Source of the DNA: Antedon mediterranea
Lineage: Eukaryota > Animalia > Echinodermata
Direction: 5' to 3'
Length of the DNA stretch: 64,000 nt
Assembly: GCF_964355755.1 (NCBI RefSeq)
Contig: NC_092673.1
Coordinates: 11,814,948 to 11,878,947, forward strand
Part shown: in pieces, positions 1 through 11,160 of the stretch
Layout of the letters: every line of letters starts with the position of its first letter
How positions within the stretch are numbered: the first letter of the stretch is position 1
Position numbers and translations under genes: made by a program
The notes under the pieces: model-generated
What the model saw: the letters and a program-made list of their open reading frames with translations, nothing else
The model's database searches: none
Told to the model about the DNA's origin: nothing

Positions 1-76
1 AAATACAAAGATCTTCGTGTTTGGCAGTCAAGCGTTGTGTTTCCAAACACGAAGATCTTCGTGTTTGGCAGTCAAA
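1..76. repeat. Short tandem duplication, about 44-bp period
   Basis: aagatcttcgtgtttggcagtcaa occurs at about 8-31 and 52-75. Confidence 0.7.
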
Positions 77-313
77 GTGTTTAGCATGTAGGCTGTTCTA
101 GAGGAACACCATCATTTGGTATTATTTTTAAAAATAATAAATTAATAATTAATTTATTTATGATGATATTTGCATAAACAAGTTATACATAATGACTAGA
201 TGTTTCTTGACTTTTATATTTTAAATAGATTGTATAATTAAGTTACAATGAAACAATACATAAAACTAATTATTTTTTTATAGAAGCTTGTAGAAGTTTA
301 AAATGTACATTAC

Positions 314-401
314 ATGTTCTTCTTCTGGATTCTCTATTCTAGCATACAGATCTTCGGTAAATTGTGGAACAATTCCCCTTTCTTTTCCATATCCCATAAT
401 A
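314..401 (-). CDS. KIF14: KIF14-like motor-domain exon (not in ORF track)
   Basis: 88 nt encoding (S)[29 protein letters not shown]; ctttttttAG-type acceptor at 403-402 and GTAATG donor at 313; phase fits the previous exon. Confidence 0.88.
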
Positions 402-3400
402 CTAAAAAAGATGTACAAACTTAAAAATAACATTCACTAAAAATAATATAAGGTGGTGTTAAAAATTATTCTTTACTTTATTTGATTTGTAGAGATATAT
501 GTACGTACTTGTTTGGTAGGTACTATTCAAGCAAAAATATCTTTATCTAATCTGTATTACCACAAAACAAAGTCAATCTTTAAAATATCTGGCCTACACT
601 TTTTTTTTTAGTATTAACCAATTGCTTTTATTGTGTTATAGTCCAACCAATATAAAAATTTCCTCCGAACCTTTATTTTAAAATTAATAATAAATTAGGC
701 TTAATTTTACTACTGTACATAAAATTAAAATGTGGTGTTTTCATGGTTGATAATCTAGTTAAAATCTTGCTTGATTTAAACAAATTTATTACTTTATTTA
801 AAAAATAATTTTTGGTTCATTATGACCTTTGACCTACTGTGTCCTTCTTTGTGTGTATTAAAAAAAAGACCACTATGAGACTTATTTAAGGAAATGGGAA
901 ATAGCTAAACATCAATCCATTGATCTGTTATTTATGATGCTCCTGATATTGTTTGTAGATAAGTTAGAAATTTTAAATACTGTAATGGATATGTTAAATA
1001 TTTTCCCACTAAGCATTTGAAGATACAGTAGGTAGTTGTGACAGACCATGGATAACTCCATATATTAAATTACACAAACCAATAGTGGTGTTGGTAGTCT
1101 ATGAGTGAGTAAAACGTTGTTGCCCAATCTGTAACCCTGTGGGGGACTTTTATGGGCCTTTACAAGATGGTGGCCAAAATATTCAAATAGCTTATATCTT
1201 CGTAATGGTTTTGGCTGGTGGGCCCCGTGCCACAAAAAAGTGGGATAATTTTTGCCGCTTGCGTATCATGAAAAGATAATCACATCGATTCTTGGCCATA
1301 AGGAATATACAAAAATCAACAAATAGCTGTTTAGCTAGATGAAATTAATTGACGGATAAAATAATGCTAAGGAAGAATAAATAAAGATTCTGACAAAATT
1401 AATAAGGTTTTATGCATGATATGCATATAACCTAATTACTCATCATTGGTATTCTAATCTAGATAAACCTGGTATTTTGACCTTATTGATCATACTATTA
1501 TTGTACAAAAGATGATAATTATACGAATAAGAAAAGATTATCCCATGGGTGTGTGATTTTCTCACTAATAGACGGCGCGCCAAAGGGTAATTAAACAAAA
1601 TTTGCTTTCTGAATGGAAATCAACTTCATGAAGGTAGACGTTCAAAATTATGGTTAATGATTCTCTTATAGATACTGAATAAAGATGGAATTTGTTGATG
1701 ATATGACAATTTCTGAAGTTTCTAATAAAACAATGCAATACAAACATGAACCGGTTTCTATTGATAATAATATTAGATACCGGTAATAGTGAATTTTTAC
1801 AAGATGATCTTAAACGAATGGTCATCCCACGTTAAAGCTATGATCACAAAGGCCTCCCGTGCGCTTTTTATACTTATTCATCTTTCTAAATTTGGCCTTC
1901 CCAAACCTAAACTTGTGAATCAGTCTATTCTTGGATATGCCTCTCCAGTTTGGCATCCATCTTTAAATTGAACTCAAAAGCAAGCATGTAAGATCATTTT
2001 GGGCCAACAGTACAATTTCTGCATTAGATATATTTAGACTAGAAAGCCTTGAACAACAACGTGGGTGATTACTAACTAGATTTTGCAAAATGCTTTGCAA
2101 ACCTTACGTCATCTTTTAAACTCAATAGAAATAATAAGAACGCTAAACTCACTCAGTATCATTTCAAAACTGAACGTTTTGTAAAATTGTCTGTACCAAG
2201 TATTATTAAGGAACTAAATCTGCAAACCCACCAAATTAGATTTTAATAATCGTCTCACCTTTTTTATTTTATTTTAAATATGTTTGCCTGGAATCAAATT
2301 TTGTTTTTGTGATATTCTACTGTAAATGTAATCTTTAGTTTGTATGTAAATTTGTTATTTTTAGATTTGTACATATTTTATATTTGAATGAACTTTTAAA
2401 TAGAATTTGATATTTTGTTATACTTTTTATATCATAATGTAAATTTGGCACAATTAAGATTTTTCTGCAATACCCCTTATAGTTTTAATAAACCAGAATT
2501 GAATTGAACAAAACTCATACCTGTATGATTTTCCTGATCCTGTTTGCCCATAAGCAAAAAGACATGTGTTATAGCCTTCAAATGCACTAATGAGAAGGGG
2601 CTTTCCAAGTTTATTGTAAACTAGTGTCTGGTCAGCAAAATCACCATTTTTCTTGTCAAATGACCAAAAGCAATGATCATAGCAAAACCTACTAGCATTT
2701 GCTGATTTAGTTTTAACAAATGTTTCATTTCCTTGCATAGAAACAACACATGTTGATGTACTACTCTTAATTTCTCTGTAAAATAATAACAATGAGTAAT
2801 AATTACACAAACCAATATTTGGTAGTCTACAGTAGTAGTGCTCTGCATATTTGGAAAACTGCCATTAACCCTAAGAGAATAATGGATAATGTTAATTCAA
2901 AGTGAGTTTTTGTAACTTATTTTATTAATTACCACATAAAGTGGAGAAGTTGTTTGTTGCAAAATTTTGATCATTGTGCTCAATCCTGCTGGGGAGAACA
3001 CTAGAACATACTCTGGACATTTAAAATTTGAGTTGGTCATTTCTCTTTCACTTCTTCCATTGAACATCGTTTTTTGTCCATAACAAATTCAATAAAAAAA
3101 AATCTTACAGCACACATTTGTTACAAGGAAATCATTGCATATTATTATTATCGTATTAGTTATTAACCAGACAGTAATGTACATTATATTATTTTTTTTA
3201 ATAACTAATTTACCTTTCGCTAAACGGACGAACTCTTACTGCTACAGTCACACTAAAGCCATCCTCTTCCGTATGTTTGGAGTTTGATGTGACTTCTCGT
3301 TTTAAAGGTGTGCCAAATGTGACAGAATTATAGCATTCAGGTGTACCAAAGAGTGCTTGAGGGTTATTCTTAGATTTTGTAGAAACAGGTGTGCTGAAAT

Positions 3401-3494
3401 GACTGTTAAATGGATATACGTTATCCTTGGCATTGCTAGGTGTGCGTGGAAGCACTCTCTTAGAAGTTCTTGACTGCGATAAACTGGAAGCCAT
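314..3494 (-). CDS. KIF14: KIF14-like kinesin-3 motor protein, 5' partial (exons 3494-3214, 2775-2521, 401-314; continues beyond the left edge)
   Basis: The spliced translation gives VTVAVRVRPFSERE...FCYDHCFWSFD...[40 protein letters not shown]. This contains the kinesin P-loop GQTGSGKS and the KIF14-type GYNTCLFAY. All introns are GT-AG with phases 2,2,0. Confidence 0.88.
1260..1440 (-). mobile_element. Fragment of Helentron-associated (HINE-like) repeat
   Basis: Reverse complement matches 44013-44190 (aggttatatgcat...tccttatggcca.gaatcgatgtg). Confidence 0.55.
1570..2508 (+). mobile_element. Decayed CR1/L2-group LINE 3' fragment in a KIF14 intron
   Basis: RT remnant FVDDMTISE near 1690-1720, WSSHVKAMITKASRALFIL...SILGYASPVWHP at 1818-1960, then AATAAA and a (TTGAA)n tail ending about 12 nt from the KIF14 donor site. 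Confidence 0.7.
2521..2775 (-). CDS. KIF14: KIF14-like motor-domain exon containing the P-loop
   Basis: ttttacAG acceptor at 2777-2776, GTATGA donor at 2520; 255 nt; encodes [12 protein letters not shown]. Confidence 0.92.
3214..3494 (-). CDS. KIF14: KIF14-like first coding exon (Ser/Thr/Pro-rich N-terminal extension plus start of motor domain)
   Basis: ATG at 3494; acceptor AG at 3502-3501 implies an upstream non-coding exon; donor GT at 3213-3212; ends ...VAVRVRPFSE(R). Confidence 0.88.
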
Positions 3495-4239
3495 TACACC
3501 CTGAAATTAATCAGTGTGGTAATAAAAAACAACTGTTCAAATTTTTTTATTTATATTTTTTTGTGAATAGATTTTATACTTTGCTTGACCATTATGTTCC
3601 TACCTTCTGAAGAAAATGCGCATTTTAGTAAATTACTTTCAATAAATCTATAATTATATACTTCATCAAGCCTAGATGTCAACAAGTGATAAATGGACAG
3701 TGACACCGAAAGGTGCTATAAAGGGACATTCAAGTGTGAACAAATTGTATCCTATTTACAAACAAAAACTTTACTACGGACTGTTTTGATCGTAATTTAA
3801 TGATTATATGAGGGCGAATTATTATAATATCGGACTAGATTGACAGTCAAATAGAAGTCATCAGTATGGTTTATTTGACACAGTGAATTATTGTACAGTA
3901 ATACCAGCCTAGCCTCTCTACCCAGACACGGACACGAACAGAATAAAACAACAATAATCACTTTTTCATAATACGTTTTTTTTTAAATCAATTTTTATCG
4001 TCATTTTATTGCCATCGACATATTTTAACTAATTGTATTTTTTTAAATAAATGTAAATGTGGTTTCTTTTTAACATCAAAATAATCTTAGCCTATGTATA
4101 TACTGTTCAAAAGATATGCATTTTTTTAGCAATGTACCTTATAAATAAGAGAAATACATAAATGTGCATATATTATTATATTTATAACAGAGAACTATAA
4201 TAAAAGTGGGACGAACCCACACAAGACAAAAATAGTAAT

Positions 4240-4680
4240 ACCAGCCTAGGTTGACAACAAGAACAAAGTCATTAATTATTGAACAAGATTTTACAGATTA
4301 CCGTCTACATGCATCTCAATACTGTATTATCAGCCAATGTTTTCATAGACTCTCTTCTCCCATATGTGCTTTTGGGTTTGTAATTAAAGCTTGACCCGTC
4401 CGAATTTACAATATTCCAAAACTATCAGCCTCTAGAACTATAGCTTCCGCTTGATATAGCTTCTGAATAAGATGTCCTCTGGGAATATTAGCTTGATAAA
4501 GCCGCGGCACGAAAAAACAAATTATTATACCAAATAAAAACAATTAAAATTATCAATAATAAATATTCATTGACCAAAGAAAAAATTATTCTAGATCATA
4601 ACATCATTTTATCTCGACCAAGATTAAATTATATGTAATACTATAATAATATTACCTCGCGACCGATATCATCGTAAGTG
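4240..4680 (-). repeat. Unclassified interspersed repeat, copy 1
   Basis: Aligns by eye with 20520-20825 and 28340-28510, with the reverse complement of 41270-41460, and (4540-4675) with the reverse complement of 22660-22790. Confidence 0.7.
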
Positions 4681-5209
4681 ACCGTCTGGGCTTCCTATCT
4701 GATGGGAGTGTTGCCGATCGATATATTGTGACCTGAGATTATTACACGTGTAAATTTTTTTGTTGACAACAATGACACATTCAGAATGTATATTGGGAAG
4801 GAAACCCTCAAATATTTTCATATGAGGAGCAGCATTTATGGGGTATAGTTCCAAAAATGTGTATGGTAGTGTGCACAAAATACAACTCAAAATTGTACAA
4901 TTGTACGTCAACTACTTGTCCCTAATACAGTATTATCAATATTCTTTCTTAAACTACTGTACGAGCATTAAATAATAAAATGTTTTGTATAATTATTATC
5001 TTATTCTTTTAAAAATCTATAATTCAATTGATCATGATAAATGTATTCACAATTAATGTAATGAGTAGGCCTAGGCTGCCTACATGTGTTCGTTACTGGA
5101 TCAAGCTCATGATAACGATTCACAATAAAATCTATTCAGTAAAACTACAGACAGTAGTCGAGTTATAATAATAATTATTAATAATAATAATTATTAATAA
5201 TATAAATAA

Positions 5210-5974
5210 CGCCGTGGTTAGGATTCCGGCACCGGAACTCAACTGCCCAGCGTTAGGGAATCCGACACGCTATTGCGCATGCCCAGAGCGAGGTAATCGG
5301 CGACTCTATACTTGCCAACAGCGATGATGGATCATTTCATAGCTGCGCCACACGGCGAACACTAGCCTAGGTGCCTACTAATACTATAATAAGGGATCCA
5401 CTAATCTAGGCTAGGGCTACCAGTTAGACGTGACCAGTGGGCCTATTTATTTTGTAATTAAAAAGTGGTTGCTTCATTCATATATAAACTTCATATCATT
5501 ATGAATTATATAATTACATGACTAGTTTTATGATTTTTCATAACGCATTTTACTGTACATAACAACATGCAATCACAAGTTGATTTGTTGACGGCAGCCA
5601 CCGCGTGGATGTCAAAAAACTGTTCGGGAAGTCAGGGTCGCAACGCTAAAAACAGCATTACGATTCTTAGATAGATACTGATTCATATTAATATCATTAT
5701 AATTATTTTAACGCGTGGCGTAGTCGTATTTTAATTATTAATTCATGTATGGCATAGGCCAAGTTTCATCCATCGCTCGCTCCCCCCGCGCAACGACTAT
5801 CTAGGGCTACAGTAAATCCCTATTTAACACTCCGACTCTCGGTGGTACGACGTGTGTGGCACTAAAAAGTGCAAGCTATAATTCACTTCCCAGAGCTCTG
5901 GGCATGCGCAATAGCGTGTCGGATTCCCTAACAGTGGGCAGTTGAGTTCCGGTGCCGGAATCCTAACCACGGCG
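5210..5974. mobile_element. Non-autonomous Mutator-like MITE with about 80-bp TIRs and 9-bp TSD
   Basis: Near-perfect inverted repeats at 5210-5289 and 5895-5974 (cgccgtggttaggattccggcaccggaactc...). TATAAATAA is duplicated at 5201-5209 and 5975-5983. Confidence 0.9.
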
Positions 5975-6429
5975 TATAAATAACATAATGGACGATTCTG
6001 TAAGTAGCCTAAATGTTGAGTAAAGTTTGTACGATTTCGTGCATGGTCTACTCTCTGTATGATAGTCTTAGCTTTAGCTTGTTAGACCTACCCTACGTCT
6101 ACTGTAGACCTAGCCTGGATGTAAGCTAGGCCTACGCCCGTTTCGCACCTGTCTTTTAAAATTTATTTCGACTCCAAATTTGTAACTAGGTCTAGGCCTA
6201 GGCTAGCTAGGCTAGGCGGGAGCTAGGCCTAGCCTATATCGTGAATACCACAGCTTAGAATTAGGCCTAATACGTACTTTTACGAATCACAGAAAAGGTA
6301 ACAAATAAATCCTTTAAATTGATGAATTTACAGACCTGCTTCTCTCACACCTGCCTAGGCTATTCGTGAGAGAGATGAAAAAAAACGACCGCTGTGTATG
6401 TGTTGTTGTTGTTGTGTGTTTGTACTGTG

Positions 6430-6500
6430 GACGTGTGTCAATTGAATTTTTGAAATAGCCGGTGCGGCGTGCGGGCGCTCCTTGTTGTTGTGCGCATGTG
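6430..6500 (-). promoter_or_regulatory. Candidate KIF14 core promoter with CHR-like TTTGAA next to a GC-rich box
   Basis: TTTGAA at 6449-6454 adjoins ggtgcggcgtgcgggcgc, about 3 kb upstream of the first coding exon, which needs a non-coding first exon. Confidence 0.35.
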
Positions 6501-6527
6501 TCTCTCTCAGAGCAATCTATATTCAAT

Positions 6528-8590
6528 CATAGTTGCCATTTCTGGCATTATTATGCTTTTTGGCATTATTTGGAGGCCCACGGCATCTGGCATAATGCCG
6601 CGGCATTATTTAGCCGTTTTTAGCATAATCTGGCATAATTTTGTGTTTTTTGAACAACCAAAAAAATAATATACCACAGAACAAAAATAAAATATTTTGT
6701 TAATACATATCACCTTACACAATATCATATCGTAAAAAAACAGATCTGTTCGGGTTTTCCGTACAATAGTTCTTCCATCCTTTCGTTTCGGACTTCATCG
6801 ACTCTTCGGATAGGAAGGCTGCTCGAAAACTACCGTGTGTGCGATATAGGCAGCACAACAAATCTAGCTATTGGCCAATTATTGTTGCTCTATTTCAGAG
6901 ACCATGCGGGTTATTGGATCCCCAGATATAGAGACAATTGAACGAAAACATTATGAAAGGGGTTTTGTTTTTTCAGTTCATAATTATAAGTGGCCACACC
7001 CCTACCACAACCCTTAAAATGGCAATTTCCGGTAACTAGAAGCTCTAATTTTAAAAAGAATTTCTTCTAGAGAATTTGTTTTCCATATTTCAAATTATGT
7101 TCCATTTGCATCGTCGTAGCAACCCTATATTTCAAAATGTTCTTCACCTCTCAGTGACCATGATGGGGCGAGGTCCTAGGGATTCTTATACATTTTTATT
7201 TAAAATTAAGTGCAATTTCCGGCCATCTAGCAGCTCTATTTTTCCAATTTGTTTTACCTCAGCCCCAACCATGGTGGGGCTGAGGTCCTGGAAACACTTA
7301 ATATATATTTTTATTTCCTATTTTAAATTATAATTGGCACTTTCAAAACTATCATGGGCTAAGATCCTGGAGGTACTAATAAATATATTTTTATTTCACA
7401 TTTGAAATTAAGTGCCATTTCCGGCCATTGAGTGAGCAGCTCTATTTTTTTCATATTTTCTTACCTCAGCCCCAACCATGGTGGGGTTGAGGTCCTGGAG
7501 ACACAATTAATATATATTTTGATTTCCTATTTTAAATTATAATTGCCATTTTCGAACTATGGTGGGCTAAGATCATGGAGACACTAATAAATATATTTTG
7601 ATTTCATATTTTAAATTAAGTGCCATTATATTTCCGGCCATCTAGCAGCTCTATTTTTCCAATTTGTTTTACCTCAGCCCCAACCATGGTGGGGCTGAGG
7701 TCCTGGAAACACTTAATATATATTTTTATTTCCTATTTTAAATTATAATTGACACTTTCAAAACTATCATGGGCTAAGATCCTGGAGGTACTAATAAATA
7801 TATTTTTATTTTATATTTGAAATTAAGTGCCATTTCCGACCATTGAGCAGCTCTATTTTTTTCATATTTTCTTACCTCAGCCCCAACCATGGTGGGGTTG
7901 AGGTCTTGGAGACACAATTAATATATATTTTGATTTCCTATTTTAAATTATAATTGCCATTTTCGAACTATGGTGGGATAAGATCATGGAGACTCTAATA
8001 AATATATTTTTATTTCATATTTTAAATTAAGTGCCATTTCCGGCCATCGAGTAGGTATTTTTTTCCAAATTTTCTTATCAACCATGGTGGGGCTGAGGTC
8101 CTGGAGACACTCAAAATAATTTTTTTTATTTCCTATTTTAAATTATAATTGCTATTTTCTAATTATGGTGGGCTAAGATCCTTTCATATTTGAAATTAAG
8201 TGCAAAGATCCCGGCCATCGAGCAGGTCTCATATTTCAGTTCAAAAATTATAAATTTCCATGGCTGTGTAACAGGTTTTTTTTTTTTTGGGTGGGGGAGG
8301 GGGGTGGGGGTTGGTGTTGGTGTCATTTGCAATTACCATTTTCGCACCCCAGATATTTAGAATTATTAGTTATTACTCACAAAACTAAAAATATAAATTT
8401 TGTACGACATGGGGATACAATTTTAGGCCCTATTTTGTGTCAGTTGGGGTTTTACAAACGTTTATTAGACATAAAACCGTTGGTGGCGCTGTTTAGGGCC
8501 ACATTTTGGGGATCTGGCATTATTTTTCCCAATCTGGCATTATTTGAGACAGGATACGGCATAATTTAAATTTTATCGCTGGCAACGCTG
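6528..8590. mobile_element. Non-autonomous hAT element with 8-bp TSD and internal satellite
   Basis: Termini catagttgcca / tggcaacgctg, subterminal (t)ggcat(t/a)at repeats at both ends, and TATTCAAT duplicated at 6520-6527 and 8591-8598. Confidence 0.88.
7146..8225. repeat. About 205-bp tandem repeat (about 5 units, ABAB higher order) with a 31-nt palindrome
   Basis: acctcagccccaaccatggtgggg(c/t)tgaggt at 7256, 7463, 7671 and 7874, partial at about 8080. Confidence 0.9.
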
Positions 8591-9181
8591 TATTCAATTT
8601 ACAGTAATAATAATAATTTTATCGAAACTACACATACACGGCGTTCTATTCTATATACAGATAGACATTCAACAGATACAAATAAATCAAAATAAACAGA
8701 TACAAGTCAACCGCCGACTCGATCGCTGTCGTGTCGTACGTTACTTATATGCGTCACACTATATGCAATATACAATGAATTAAAAAGAAAAGAATTTAAG
8801 TAGAGTACAGTAAAAACCATAGAGTATAATTACTCCATGGTTATTAAATAACTGAAAAATATTGTACCAAAATTTAAGAATAGAAATATTAAAAACTCAA
8901 AATAAAAAGATGTCAGTATAAAAAAAACTGTCCGCAACAGAACATTACATTACATGCTAGTATCTGCGAGTTGTATAAGATTGTTTTGTATAAGATTTGT
9001 TTTATATTTTTCATGACCTTGTTATATAGGTATACTTTAAAATTTGTCAAGACACAATATAATTATAATAGAACATTTATTACTGAGGGGAAGACGTGTA
9101 TCCGTCCCCAGAACATATAACATTTTTTCGTCATTGTTTCTGGTACAGAATATTTCCCAAACATCTAACTCGTTATGATAT

Positions 9182-9754
9182 GGGTAACGAGACGATTCGG
9201 CCCTGAGACGATTCGGCCCGGGACGATTCGGCCCTGGGACGATTCGGCCCGGGACTATTCGGCCCGGGACGATTCGGCCCTGAGACGATTCGGCACACTT
9301 AAATTTATCGGCTTTGATATGCATTTTATTAGCACAAAATAAGCTTTTTCCCCAAACGTTATTTCCAGAGAGACTATATGGGGTAGTACTACTAGGGATA
9401 AAGATGCAATAAAACAAACATTTTGAAAAAATTGTCGAAAATGATCAATTTTTAGTCAAGCGAACGATGTAAACAAGTTACGCCCTCTGTTGGCCGCTTG
9501 GCGAATGCACGAAATAAACAAGGTTTTCGAAGTAATAAATTGAATATAAAATTACGTTTTTTTAGTAATTTATTATATATATTATATCAAAATTGTCAAT
9601 ATCAATAAAATACGGATTGTTAAACACCTTTAAAAACTTGATAAATACCCAAAAAAATGAATATGAATTTGGTCTAAAGTGAGACGTTTCGGCCCAAAAG
9701 TGGCCCGAATCGTCCCGGGCCGAATCGTCTCAGGGCCGAATCGTCTCTGAACCC
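9182..9754. mobile_element. Foldback/Mutator-like non-autonomous element with 15-16-bp subterminal tandem repeats
   Basis: Seven gac(g/t)attcggc units at 9190-9295 and three inverted ccgaatcgtc units at about 9705-9747; termini gggt...accc. Confidence 0.8.
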
Positions 9755-9949
9755 TGATAAATGTATATTTAGCTGATAAATGTATATTTAGCTGTTATTC
9801 TCAATGCATCACAACAAAAGTACTTTCTAAGCTGTAAGGATCTTTGATCACAAACTAATATAGTAAAGCCGAAGGCTAGACAGTGGGACAGCCAGTCGAC
9901 AAATTGTGTCAAATTTCGACTCGGAGAGGGCGCCCTACTTTTCTAATTT

Positions 9950-10583
9950 AGTTCAAAATTAAGGTGTCTTTGTTTTTTTGGCCACTCACTCACTTCTCCC
10001 TTGCCATCTTAACGACCTTTTCGCTCCTAATAATACCGTTCATAAATATTACACTAGAACAAGAAATAACATATATATCCCTAACCATAACACCAATTAT
10101 TTTCAACATAGCATTAGATATTCTGGACCTCTATTGTTTAACAATTTACCCCCCTCAATTTCCTGTGCTGCTAACCGCTATTCATTCAATAATAACATTA
10201 AAAATTACCCTTTGTCTCATTACTGATCGATCTGTTTGATATGGTCGTTGTTTCCATGTTCCGTGACTTGCTATCTTTATTATTCATTTGTCATCATATT
10301 CGCTATATGCCATGCAGCTGTACTTTTTTCTGTTCTTTTTTTATTTTTTATTCCAACTTTTATCTACTGGTTTTATATATATTTTGTATTTCTTTATTGT
10401 TTAATTAATTTATTTTCTTTATTTATATTTTTTTCTTCTGTTAATTTAAATATGTAAAGGCAATCCCGTCACAAGATTGTAATCTTTTTGGGATTTGCCT
10501 TCGTCCATTTTCTTGTTTTATCACTTGCCATTTTGTTTTTGTCTTTTGGACGTGAATAAATGTTCCTTGAATTGAATTGAATT
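9950..10583 (+). mobile_element. L2/CR1-group LINE 3' end
   Basis: ORF2 C-terminal motif HKYYTR...FQHSIRYSGPLLFNNLP, T-rich 3' UTR, AATAAA and (TTGAA)3 tail. Confidence 0.8.
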
Positions 10584-11160
10584 GGCAATATTCTGCCATA
10601 AAAACCAGGAAGACCCCTTTTCAGTAGTTAGGTAGTTAACCTAATGTAATAACATATCTGATGACTCCCTAGAAGGTGAAAAAAGATGGTGGATATATGG
10701 TGGATAATTTTTGCTATAGCATGAAAATAAAAATATGAAGTTGAATAAAAATACCAGAAATGTAAAATTCAAGTTATATTACATATACTTAGTCATCTGA
10801 TAATATTTTTTACCACACCGTTTAGTTTTCATAGCTTTTTAAAATGCCTCTCTATTTACAAAATTTGTGTACAAAACGAATAGAGATTTTACTGTGTAAT
10901 TTGAACTACCCCCTCCCCCCCACCCCCTCCCATACAATTTACAAAACACACACAAAAAGTTAAGAGGCTAAAAATTGTTAAAATTAGATAAATATTATTA
11001 TTATTTAATTATATTATATGATTTATTATTATATTGCACATTAACGATGATTTAAAGTTTATATAAAAGCATTAAAAATACATGCGTGAGCTATAAAAAT
11101 AAACAAAAGCGGTTACGCTTTATCTTTGTACTCTGGAGTTATATAAGTGTATAGCATTTA

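Noticed and set aside
7146-8225. CRISPR-like array of regularly spaced 31-nt palindromes
   Set aside because: The intervening sequences are about 175 bp and homologous to each other, not unique spacers. There are no cas genes, the context is eukaryotic, and the array sits inside a hAT element.
9037-9417. 126-aa ORF with GRIVP/GPNRP repeats
   Set aside because: It is the translation of 15-16-bp subterminal repeats of a non-autonomous transposon.
10655-10700. Hammerhead-like CTGATGA...GAAA
   Set aside because: Stem II lacks the closing G-C pair and I found no convincing stems I and III.
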